A DNA stretch of 64,000 nt from Anthoceros angustus. Taxonomy: Eukaryota > Plantae > Anthocerotophyta. Below the pieces are notes generated by a model. The model was not told the origin of the DNA and searched no databases. It saw nothing but the letters and a program-made list of their open reading frames with translations. How positions within the stretch are numbered: the first letter of the stretch is position 1; every line of letters starts with the position of its first letter. The position numbers and the translations under genes are program-made. Shown here one piece after another: positions 12,210-23,649 of this stretch. Location of the stretch: NCBI GenBank assembly GCA_010909165.1, contig MU008157.1, forward strand, positions 248,001 to 312,000, written 5' to 3'.

Positions 12210-14410
12210 AGAATTGAAATGGAAAGAAGGTCCGGGAAAATGGCTTACCTTTCCGCAAATGCCGCTTTGAATCGCGAAAAGCATTTCATCGCTTGAGTCC
12301 GGGGATACTCTGCCGAACCTCTTCAAAAGAAGAGCAACCAAGGTGTTTTGCCATCGCCACTTGAATAATATGGAATTTTCTTCCAAGAGATATATCGTCA
12401 TCCATTCCTTTCAGTCAATGAGACTCGCCAACACTTTCTCCAGAAGGTGATAAGTATCCGCCACACTCACTGAATCCCTTGAAATGATTTCCAAGGCTTT
12501 GCAAGCATATCCTTCAAATGTTCTATTTTGTTGGCCTCCTCGGCCACTTTCTCTTCCGCTTCACCTTGCTCTTCTTGCTTGTCCCTACTATCACATGCTT
12601 CTTTCCTGCTCGCAACATCATCCCCTTCCCACTTGGTAAAAATCTTGTCTACATTTTCCCATACCCCGCCCATCTTGTTTCTTGGTTGAGACCATGCATA
12701 TGAGCCTCCACATATTGAAACCGCTTTTGCGGAGAGATGTCTCGCAAGATGCTTCATTGCCGCATAAGTGTGGTTTCCAAGGACTCCCATGACATATTTT
12801 TGGCCCCGAATCGCCACTAGTTTTTCCATGTCATCACACTGCAGGATCAATCATACATAATAAAGGCAAAACGCCCTCTTCAATCCTCCCTTTCGATATA
12901 ACACGCGCCAAATAATTGGCCCATGCTTCATCCACCCTCAGACCGGCATCAGCGAAGGTTATGCCGGTCAAGGTTCTCCAATTTCACCAGCACTTTTCCA
13001 ATACTACCTTCTTCGATATGTCGCTTCTCCGACCCGTGTCAAGGGTCTTCATCCCGGATAGCTTCCGCAATCCTCTCGGTCTGTTGTCACATGAACAGTG
13101 GGAATGTCACCCACATTTTCCACCCTCTGCAGCTTTGTTGCCTTTCCTCTTTGCTTTTGCCTTAGGATGGTCCTCTCCGCATTCCTCTGCCCGATCTCCT
13201 TCAAAAAGATCCCGCCTTCCTTCCCTTAGGCCCTACCGCCTCTCGCAGCCCTATGTTGTGTCATGAGGGGCGCCGCCGGCGCCCCTGCTCAGTGAGACCA
13301 GGGGCGCGGCAGCGGGCGACATGGGGGCCGGCGCCCCTGGAATTGAACATGGAAAGAAGGTCCGGGAAAATGGCTTACCTTTCCAAATGCCGTTTGGAAT
13401 CGCGACATTTCATCGATTGAGTCTTTGGGGATACTCTGCCGAACCTCTTCAAAAAGAGCAACCAAGGTGTTTTGCCATCGCCACTTGAATAATATGAAAT
13501 TTCTTCCAAGAGATATATCGTCATCCATTCCTTTCGTGTCAATGAGACACCAACACTTTCTCTAGCGGTGATAAGTATGTCTACACTCCCCATTGGAATC
13601 CCTTGAAATGATTTCCAAGGCTTTGCAAGCATATCCTTTTGGGCTTCACATAAACATCTATTTTGTTGGCCTCCTCGGCCACTTTCCGCTTCACCTTGCT
13701 CTTCTTGCTTGTCCCTGCTATCACATGCTTCTTTCCTGCTCGCAACATCATCCCCTTCCCACTTGGTAAAAATCTTGTCTACATTTTCCCATACCCCGCC
13801 CATCTTGTTTCTTGGTTGAGACCATGCATATGAGCCTCCACATATTGAAACCGCTTTTGCGGAGAGATGTCTCGCAAGATGCTTCATTGCCGCATAAGTG
13901 TGGTTTCCAAGGACTCCCATGACATATTTTTGGCCCCGAATCGCCACTAGTTTTTCCATGTCATCACACTGCAGGATCAATCATACATAATAAAGGCAAA
14001 ACGCCCTCTTCAATCCTCCCTTTCGATATAACACGCGCCAAATAATTGGCCCATGCTTCATCCACCCTCAGACCGGCATCAGCGAAGGTTATGCCGGTCA
14101 AGGTTCTCCAATTTCACCAGCACTTTTCCAATACTACCTTCTTCGATATGTCGCTTCTCCGACCCGTGTCAAGGGTCTTCATCCCGGATAGCTTCCGCAA
14201 TCCTCTCGGTCTGTTGTCACATGAACAGTGGGAATGTCACCCACATTTTCCACCCTCTGCAGCTTTGTTGCCTTTCCTCTTTGCTTTTGCCTTAGGATGG
14301 TCCTCTCCGCATTCCTCTGCCCGATCTCCTTCAAAAAGATCCCGCCTTCCTTTCCCTTAGGCCCTTCCGCCTCTCGCAGCCCTATGTTGTGTCATGAGGG
14401 GCGCTGCCGG
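12210..14410. repeat. ~1.13-kb near-identical tandem duplication of the ParB-like exon
   Basis: Identical ORFs at 12923..13165 and 14053..14295 (offset 1130); the junction lies in GC-palindrome sequence at ~13265-13340. Confidence 0.92.
12249..14380 (-). pseudogene. ParB/Sulfiredoxin-like domain exon upstream of the MTase exon, present twice (~12249-13250 and ~13379-14380)
   Basis: LRVDEAWANYLARVISKGRIEEGVLPLLCMID...KYVMGVLGNHTYAAMKHL (ParB-like GNH[T/R]xxA motif); joined to the MTase exon by intron GTAAGC(12248)...CTAACAG(11945). Confidence 0.62.
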
Positions 14411-14812
14411 CGCCCTCCCTCCTCATGCGCTGGAGCCTCGAGGCCGCCTCGGAGGGCGCCGCCGGCCGGCGCCCGGTTCCTCTCCAACTTCCAAGACCTT
14501 CGACGCCACCGGCCTCGACCGCTGCTGATGAGGCGCGCCGGCCGGCGCCTCCCACCTCCACCTCAGTCGCAACCCCGGGGTTTCATAAGGCATGAAACCC
14601 CGCATCCTCGCCGCCCCGCGTCCGAATTTCTTCATCCGAGTCCAGATATCGTATCATTGGGTCTTCATCCTCGGCCAAACTCGTGCCCTCCTCGTTCTCG
14701 CCCTTCTTCCTTCCTCATCACGCACCTCGGCTCTTGCGCCATGGCCATGACCCTCCTGTTGAACGATCGCTTGTGATTTCCGCACACAACGTCCTGATGA
14801 ATGCATTCCCCA

Positions 14813-15640
14813 TCACAGAGCCCTGCACAATGAACAATGCTCACTGTTAGAGGCAACAGACAGGCAGAAAGCATAAACAGTGGAAAGCGGAAATTGGATA
14901 AGGTTTGCGAATACCGATTGCTCCCGCCTACATTCCCGAAACAGCTGCAAAAGCCTGGCAGGTTCGCATTTCTTGATCACAAGATTGTTGAACCTGATCT
15001 CGAACGCTCTGTACAGCTCGGGACCCTGTGGCACCGCATCAAATTCTTGGGGCCTTGTAATGCACAGCAACTGTGCTACAGGATCCCCATTGGACATGTC
15101 CAATGTTGCCCACTACCACCCCTTGCCGTTGATTTGGCAAAGGCATCCTTGTAACCCATAATCCACTGCTTGTACAACGGAGTCCAAAACATGCTCTCGT
15201 CTTCTGGTTCCGGATCCTGAACAACCATCCAATCCTTGTCCAAGACCTTCACCGATCCATTGCTCCAAGGCCGAATGTAAACTGCTCCTCGGTCGTATGG
15301 CGAAGGAATAGGAGCCACCCTCTTCCCACCCTTCTCCCCTTCTCCATGGCCTCGATTTTGTTGTGGAAGCCTTCACAGCCAGCTTCCGGACTTGAGTGCC
15401 CCGCTGGAAGCGCTGCACCCGTCGCTAGCATGTCCTCCCAGACAAAGGTCTTCCTCAAATCGCAAGATGCGCCTCGCCACTTTTGCCACGCTTTTCCTCA
15501 GACAGTTCGGGATCCGGATTCGGCCGTCGATCCTTCTTGCTCGCTTCCCATCGCCATCACCTTCAATTCAGCACAAACCAATTCAGATGGGCCTTCCTTG
15601 TCTGCAAATCAGCGACCGCAATTCCACAACAACCGCGTCA
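14813..15640 (-). pseudogene. Frameshifted ORF of unknown function, likely the 5' part of the cargo gene or a second cargo gene
   Basis: Overlapping minus-strand ORFs (15249..15458, 15076..15318, 14813..15103) with protein-like composition, same strand as ParB-MTase; no family recognised. Confidence 0.4.
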
Positions 15641-16359
15641 ATTGATGCACAAGCAAACTGAAAGTGAGAAAACCCCGAAACCGAGCCTCCTCGCCCAATT
15701 TCACCGCGTTCGTGCTGCAATCAAGGGGTTAGAGATGGCGCTTCGCACTCATGTCTCCGCCTCGAGACGACCCCGCCACCGCTCCCTCACAAAGTAATTG
15801 CTCGCCGCTTGTGAGACCGGTTGCGCCACTCCGGTTTTGTATGCCTCAAACTTGCTTTTTAAGCGCCCGCCGTAACTCGCTCACCTCCATGCTAATCGCT
15901 TAATTTAGGGTTTCCTGGTTACTCCAACTAGCCGATGGTTCGAACCCCGGTGGGCACATTATTAACGCCGCCATCTTGTAAATACAGCTTAACGTGTACC
16001 GCTTTTTCCCATTGCTGTTGGGTTTATTTTAATTACCAAACATAATGACTTTCCCGTTACTTGCCTCCACTGCAAGCATTAGGAACTTAACGACGTTTTC
16101 TTTAAGAATGGTTTTATATGGTTGGTGACTGTTAACCATCAAACGGCCTCCCAGGAAGGCTTAGACATTCCAGCGTATCTAATGTTCGAATGAACCTTGC
16201 CTTCTTTCATTTCCTCCACTATCGTCCAACCTCGGAAGACGCCCAACAAAATGCTTCGCGCCACTCATCGCAGAGGACGACAATGTCGATCGCTTACAAT
16301 CGAACGCCGTGGATGATGCGAGGTTCAGACATGTCCTCATTCCCCTGTTTGATTGTGCA

Positions 16360-19300
16360 GGTTTACTTTGCGGATGGTGAGGGTCAATCCCAATATGAAA
16401 GACAACTTCCCGAAAAGCAACGGACGAGGAGAAGAGCGGACCTGAATGCCCCACCGAAGCGTCCGCATGCTCAGCCACAAGACATCACCAGCTCTCCACG
16501 CGCCACTACGGGTCATGAAGGTGTGCTTAATCACCTGGATTCTAATGGAGGTTGACTTTGTGAATTTTATCCTCTACTGACTGTCGAAGTCTTTGCCATA
16601 CCAGCGGCTCCGGTTACTGGAGGTGGCCGACATCGCCGGCTCTCGGCCTCCCCTACCATTCCGAGGTGCCTGCCGCGGACACCAAGAAATCTTAACCGGT
16701 ATGCCGCTCTGGAGGGATCCCCATGCAAACAACGGTGTGAGCAAGCAACGACCGCTAGAAACCAAGGCACTCCCAAGGTGGGCTCGAATGCGTGGAGGCG
16801 ATTGTTCACTGCGGTGGAGTCCGCCACGCACCATCAAACGAGCGAAGACCGGCAAACGAATGAGGAGGCGATTTCGAGATCGACATCCGCCATCTTATCA
16901 CCCCAAACCATGAGTGAGACTTTGGTGTCTGAAACTACGAGTGTCCGGTGCAAGAGGCGAGGGGAGTCTCAATGAGGAAATGTGAAGTCGAAAGCATCAA
17001 CATTGATTTCGGAAGGCATGTTGCAATCGATGTGTCTCCACAGATTGACAAAAGAAAGGTTTCGTGAACAACGATATCGCTATTTACGGATGGGGAGGCG
17101 GAGCAGAAACATTTTGGAATCCACGCAGCGAGTGATCCGGGTAACGCAAAGTTGTTACTCATCTTGGGGCCGGATCCTTTCGGATGCTGCGCTTGAAGAG
17201 TGTATTGCCTCACGCAGTATGAAGAGTTGAAGAGTAGAGTCATCTTGAATGCACCGTGGGATGCTATGAGGCCGAATCCAAAACATGCCTCACCATGCAT
17301 TAAGTGCAATAGCCTGGATGGACAATGCTTTCCTCAACATGGTGAGAGACTTCCAAATATCGAGGTCTTCAACTACCCGACACATACACAAAACTAGAAA
17401 TTTGGAGTGAATATAGGCGGCATTGTGAACAAAGAGGTCATGCACGTGACTACGCCCGGTTCTTGAAGCTATGGAAAGGGCACTTCAATGTGGGTAAAGA
17501 TTCCAAAGTCTAATGATTCTCTACTTGCTCGCTACTGGATTGAAAACAACTATACGAAATACAATCTCAAAGGTTGATCAAGGTAAGTTACATTGTTTTC
17601 CTTATCCCTTGTTTTCCAAAGATCTGAGGGTGGTTGACCGTGGGCCAAACCCTCAATGGCGATGTTATATGTAGTATGTCAATGTGCCCCCGCTGGACAT
17701 GTCCCAGGTGGGCGCCGACGCCCACCATGTCTCACCATGGTCCATAGCATTATCTAAGGAGGTTCCCGGTCATGAGGGCGGCCGGCACCGCCTGCAACCC
17801 ATGCATGTGCCTATCACATTGCTTGGGCCCGCATGCAAGGCACCGCTATTACCATGTCGACCTTGAATGAGGTCGTCCACCGGCGCCCCAACCACATTAC
17901 AAGTATTCGCCTTGTAACCACCTTCCGGGCTTGGAAATGCTCGACAAATGTTCACCCATTATATCCTTTAAGGTCGAGGGGTGGAGGGGTGGAGGAAGGT
18001 GAAGTTGGCGGTGTCCATGACATACATTGGCACATCTCAGAGGGTGATGCTGGCAACGTTGATTGCTGGACATCATACTATGTTTTTTATCTTGTAAGTT
18101 GTCAACTTTAAAGGGACTCACATACTATGGTGTGAATATGTTATGTGCAGAGAAATATCAAACAGCATTGGACGCCCACCACGAGCAAGCGAGCGTAAGA
18201 TGACAAAACACCGGAGCAAGAGTTATGTTGAACCACATAAGTATATGCTACTATGTATCGATGGCATGGACCAAGAAGAGAGAGCGCACATGTTGAGGTG
18301 GCCCAAAAACCTAGATGAGGAATGTCGCATTTCCGTTCACGTGGTCGGGTGCATGATCCACAACTACACCCACAAAGCCACGGCGTTTTTGCACTACGCC
18401 AACCTCCGGAATGATGCCAATTTGACTATCAGCGTGATTCAAGATGTCATCCTCAACTATGATGGTGTGCTGCCCAAAGTTTTGTATTTGCAACTTGACA
18501 ATACATGTCGGGAGAACAAGAATCAGCTATTGTTTGCATATCTGAACATGCTCGTTGATATGGGCACGTTCGAAAAAGTGAAGGTGGGATTCCTCTTGGT
18601 TGGTCACACCCATGATCAAATAGACCAGATGTTTTCCTGCTTTTCCAAAAGCCTTAAACACAAAGAAGCGCACACGCTACCCGTATTGGCAGACATTCTG
18701 CGGGAGGCATATACTCCCTCTCCAGAGGTGAAGGTTCTGGTGGAGGTTCCAGATTTCCGGACATATGTCTGGCCAATACGGGCAGGGGACAGGAGGCTGA
18801 AGTATGCAGCAGCGGTGAAGAAGTTGAATAATCATACCAGACAAAAATTACGCGAGGACAAACGACCGCCCCGGGTCACCATCGAGCAAGCAAGATTCAA
18901 CTTCACCGCTTTGGGAAACGGAGGCAGGTTTGGAGTTTTTAAATTTCGTTCCTTCTGAGGCCATAACAATAGCGCCTTTGATGTCCTTACGTGCACGGGA
19001 TAAAAAAGGAACCGCAGGGCACTCACACCCACGGAAGGTGTGGCTCATTTGAAGGATGGGTTAGTTGGTTTGCGACCTTATGTAACAGCCGAAGAGTACA
19101 AGTGGTGGGAAGAATTCTGGGTTGACCAGACCGAGATTGCTGTTATTGTCGAAAACCACATCGGCCTTGTTCTGGACCGTCCTTGGAAATGGTTCTCCGT
19201 CTTTGAAGAGGAAGAGACAGCCCCCTTCATGTACTGATGAAGCTTTGCTAGGAAGAAGCATTGAGGAGCTTCCCCAGATATGTACCGGAGCATATCAAAA

Positions 19301-19773
19301 CATTGGAAGGCAGCGTGAAATGGCGCTTGAATGGCGATATTGCGTAAATCAAAAGGGAATGTTCCTCGCAGCCATGCACCAGACATACACAAGACCTTTC
19401 CGGATTGGGAAAGTAACGGACGTGAAGTTGGATGCACCACAACCTCACTTTCTTATCCACCGGTATCGGATGATCATACTGCTCAAGGTGTATGTAGAGG
19501 AATATATACTACGAGGAAGAGGTAACCAAGATGGAGCACCGGGAAAAAGGAATAAGGTATTTTATCCCAAAACATGAGGTCTATGTGAATGATACAATCA
19601 TCCTTTATTACGATTTTATTTTAAATGCACGGAAACATTTGTATGCGGTGGACAAAAAGGCGATCAGGGACAAATTGAGCGAATTATGGATTCATACCAC
19701 CACCAAAGTGTGGCAGGATAGCGATGACAATAATGGGACGCGCGATGACGTGAACTCGGGGAATAGCTATTGA
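16360..19773 (+). pseudogene. Sola1/DUF7869-type DDD transposase; intron 17583-18150; core ORF 18143..18958
   Basis: GERLPN, LKLWKGHF, then CIDGMDQ...LPKVLYLQLDNTCRENKN...FLLVGHTHDQIDQMFS (three conserved Asp), C-terminal PFRIGKV; GTAAGT donor and TGCAG acceptor; the start is uncertain. Confidence 0.82.
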
Positions 19774-20647
19774 GTAGGACGACCTCAACCATTGTCATTA
19801 GGGTTGTATGGATGTGGCTCCCCACTTCATGTGTCCATTACGCCCATCCTTTCCAACTTAACCGCGATGGTGGCCGCCGGCGCCCCATTCCTCGTGTTTG
19901 TAAGTGCATAACTTTATCTAAATTGAAGAAGCGCAATAATGTTGCATACCACTTGTTTTAGGCTGAATATTGATGGACTGTGTCATGCGAATATGTTGCG
20001 TGTGATAAGCGGTTTAGGGTATTTGTCTGCAACACCACGGCATGCAACATGACCCCCCTACTGCAGGGACCTGTTCTATGCCATTCCAAAGGAAGTGGTG
20101 ACCATGCGGATAGCAAACATGTGGAATGTGCCCTTGTAGACAGTGGCGAGGGGGCGCCGCCCCCTCGCGCAACATTCCACGCCGTACCACATCCACCTGT
20201 TCAAATTCATTCTGAAGGAACTGGTGGCCAAGTGGATAGCAAACATGTTCCATGTGCCTATTGAGGAGGGCGCCAGCCGGCGCCCCTCCTGCCTCACCAC
20301 CGCTAAAATAGGCGAAGGATCACACATTAAACCAACGGGAAACAAAATTTTCTTCCCACAATATGTTGATGGTTTGAACGTCTGAAATTGCATAACCCTT
20401 CCATAGTGGCGTTGGATTCGATGTGATAACGGTATTGCTTGACCGGCAAATGTGGTGTGCATTGTGGGTCTTGTTTTGGCGAAACAAATGGTTAAGGGAA
20501 GAGGGTCACCCTTCGCATATATGAACCAACGGAAAACTCGTATGATCCAAGAGCCGGACTTTTTCGCTAGTTTCCACATAATAGCTGAACCCACGCCTTT
20601 TAGACCCATCACCAACCTCTTCATTATTCACAAAAACCCCATCGAGG

Positions 20648-20680
20648 ATATTCCCCTTCAAAATTTATGGTGTTGGTAGC
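20648..20680 (-). repeat. Right TIR of the Sola1-like element
   Basis: ATATTCCCCTTCAAAATTTATGGTGTTGGTAGC; reverse complement matches the left TIR. Confidence 0.85.
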
Positions 20681-20969
20681 GTCGAGCAAGGTATGACGAG
20701 AGACAGATTCTAAACCAACAAAGGCAAAAAGGAGGCGCAAGGATGGGACCAAAGATGGAGGTGTGAGAGCCATGGCTACCGGTGGACAACATAGTCGCAC
20801 CTAAGCGTCCACCTGCATCTGGGTTAAGGAGGAGGAGGAGTCGTGAGGAATGGCCGGACATTTTCCAGTTGCTCGGACAACAGCTGGCGTCACCTAGTCC
20901 AGGACGCCTGGAAAATGTTGGCACCCAACAAGGAGGTCGATCCAAGAACCTCATGGAGGACCTGTGAGA

Positions 20970-23562
20970 TGTATGGAAGACCACATGTGAACTAACCCCG
21001 CCTCAAGTGTCAGGAACGATTTTTTTGTTTTGGTGTGTTAGAATAGCAGAGTGCTTTGAGAATCGCCCCAGTCGTCTTTTATACGGAATGGTCCTTGGCC
21101 CTTGGAGATAATAATAATTTTTCGACTTAGGTTTGACCCAGGGTGGGTAGAAATAGAGTCCTTGGGTATTGGGAATTTTAGAATAAAAGGTGTCTATATA
21201 TGCTAGGATGCTCACAATATGCCAGCTTGTGTAGTCAAGGGGTGGTGGCTAGTTCCACCACGGTGGCCGAGAAACGGACGCATGCACTGTGGGGAATTTA
21301 CAACCCTAGTGGCGGAGCGGACCAACTACCGGAGCGAATCGGGAGAAGGCACACCCAAGATCACGCGAGGTCGCGACTTTCCGTGAGGGGCACGGAGCGA
21401 GCCGCAAGAAGAGGGGCGCCACACCACGACGCCAGCCACCGCCTCACTGCGGCAGGAGGAAAGGCGCGCGACGATCGTATCAGCGGGCGGGCGGGCGGAG
21501 GAGAGAAATCGGGCCGCAAGTTCGCGAGGAGGCGGAGCGCGCGAGGTCGATTTTTTTTCTCTTCTCACCGTATCCGCAGGGTAGTCGAGGTTTTGTTTTG
21601 GGAGACAACGAGAGAAGGAGATGGCGCCCGAGCCGTCACTCACGCAAGGGCCCAACATGGACCATCGGAAAGTGAGAGCCGTGCGTGAGCCGGGTCTCAA
21701 GTTCATGGAGAAGAAATGGTGCACGATACCGCATTGGTGCAAGAGTGCGCCCGCAATTAAGGACCAAGTCGCAAGAGGGTGACGCGAGGAAAAGGCCGCA
21801 GAACTGGATTTGGCCTCTTCGAAAGCATGGGCGAAGCATCGAGGATGGGAGCTTGGTGATTGACCTCAAATAAAGAAGACTTTGAAAGCAGCCGCCGCTA
21901 CCATGAAGCCTCGGGAAGTGAGTGAACAATGGTCGGGTGACTCGCCAACTCGTGGTTCACAGGTGGATTGGCCAAATGGATTTTGTGCTTCCTACGTAAC
22001 CGAAGTCGGATCATATGGCGGATCACTTCTTGGTTTTTCTTCACGAGGTGGTCAAGGGTACACAAATTGATTGGGGAGGATGATTTTCGAAAGAGCCTGG
22101 AGGAGAAGGCGAATTTACTCTTCTTCCTCGGCCCTCCTTGATTTCGCTTTTCCGATTCATGTATTTGCATTGTGTTTAACGAGTTGAAGTCGCGGTCCGC
22201 CCGCATGGTTGGAAGCCGGCCGTGAACTCAAGGTAGAAGAGGAGGAATTGAAGGAGGATTCAAAGATTCCAGTAGCTGGGAGTGCGCCCCGGAAGGTTCC
22301 CAAGAGGAGGGGAAGTTTCCAAGGCAAAGCGAAGGCACAACCGAAGGGATGCCAGGACATGCAGCGTGCAGGCATGGAGGGAGGAGCACACGGTATGGTT
22401 GTCCAAACAGGAGGAGCGGACAATGGACATAGAGGACACGCCACGCCCGCTGGAAGGCGCGAGGGAAATTCAGCAAGGAGAGCGAGGTGGAGGTTGTGGG
22501 GAAAATCGCTGCAGGCGAGGTCAAGAGCGAGAGGGGTCCCCATGGGCCGTGGCGAGGCAAAGAATCGCGAGGCGGCAGCTGATTTTAGGAGAGTCGCGAT
22601 AGCCTAGGACCGGGTTTTTTCGTAGAGGATAGGGAGTTCCATCACCAGAGTCATGTTGCTTAGATTGGTAAGGCGCCGTGGTAGGAGCTACAATTTTAGA
22701 CACTAAAGAGAAGTGAGTGTTGGACCACGCCAGATGTATAAGAGACCCTTTGGTGTCTCTCAAGGCGACGATTTCGTGTGAACTTCCGTATCGAACCGCC
22801 GAGTGGGGTTGATTGAGACGCCCGCAAGATCAAACGGGGCACCGCCTTCGTCACAAGAAGGCCGGAAGATCTCGGATGGTCGAGAGAGTGGCCAAGCTCC
22901 ACGCCTGGGTAACGGAAGGCCACGAAAAGAGGTAGGATGCCGCGGACGGCCGAGGCGGAAGCCGAAGGCGAATCGCCCAAGCACCGACCGGGTTTCTTCC
23001 TCTTTCCAAGCCTGCCACTGGTGTGTTCATTCCATGAGAGGGGTCTGTGGCCCAAGGAGGGTCTGTGGCCCAAGGGAAGGGGTCTGTGGCCCGTGAGACG
23101 AGAGAGAGTTCATTGGAAGGGAAAGGTTCCGGAGGAGTAGTTGTGTGGAGGGATTGTGAGAGCGTGAGGGAAAATCGAAACGCAGGGGGGAGGAAGCGGT
23201 GGTAGGATCGCAAATTTTAAGTAAGGTGAGGCGATATAGGTGTCCCATAGCCCCTAGGTCCGTGTTAGAGAAGTCGATTAATAGACTCGAAGGCGGCGGG
23301 CTGTGGGGCCGCCTGGCAACCGCCACGGTGGCCGAGTCTACCACGTGGTGGGGCCCGCCGGCCGAACCGCCACGGTGGCCGAGTCACCACTGGTGGGTTT
23401 GGGCAGCCGGAGAAGGTGAGGTAGCGCGACGGGGTGTCTAGAATCCATAGATTTAGCACACCTTGACACAACACCATTCCCTTGGGATCGAATCCTAGGA
23501 CTATAACGACATAGAGGGTAAATGTGGCCTCTTTGCGCCTTCGATGCAAAACCCATTCCACA
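20970..23562 (+). repeat. 5' LTR (~2.6 kb)
   Basis: TG..GGAAGACCACATG ... CCCATTCCACA; aligns with 29337-31941. Confidence 0.9.
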
Positions 23563-23580
23563 TTTTGGCGCTGCCGGGAA
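23563..23580 (+). promoter_or_regulatory. Primer binding site, degenerate Athila-type (tRNA-Asp)
   Basis: TTTTGGCGCTGCCGGGAA directly after the LTR, compared with the Athila consensus TTTTGGCGCCGTTGCCGGGGA. Confidence 0.7.
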
Positions 23581-23649
23581 TGAAACTAAGGTTATAGGGG
23601 ACTAACCATAGCTTAGGTGTCTAGTTTTGGAGTGTATCTAGTTAGGTAG

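Larger units (their letters stand above)
10387..20680 (+). mobile_element. ~10.3-kb TIR DNA transposon, Sola1-like (DUF7869-type transposase), carrying a ParB-like/DNA amino-methyltransferase cargo gene
   Basis: Perfect 22-bp inverted repeat AACACCATAAATTTTGAAGGGG (10393-10414 / 20653-20674), extendable with mismatches to ~33 bp; flanks rejoin into sequence homologous to the uninterrupted 8580-8870; internal transposase motifs. Confidence 0.85.

Noticed and set aside
11868-12258. Ala/Gly/Pro/Arg-rich ORFs on both strands
   Set aside because: They are by-products of GC palindromes within a GT-AG intron
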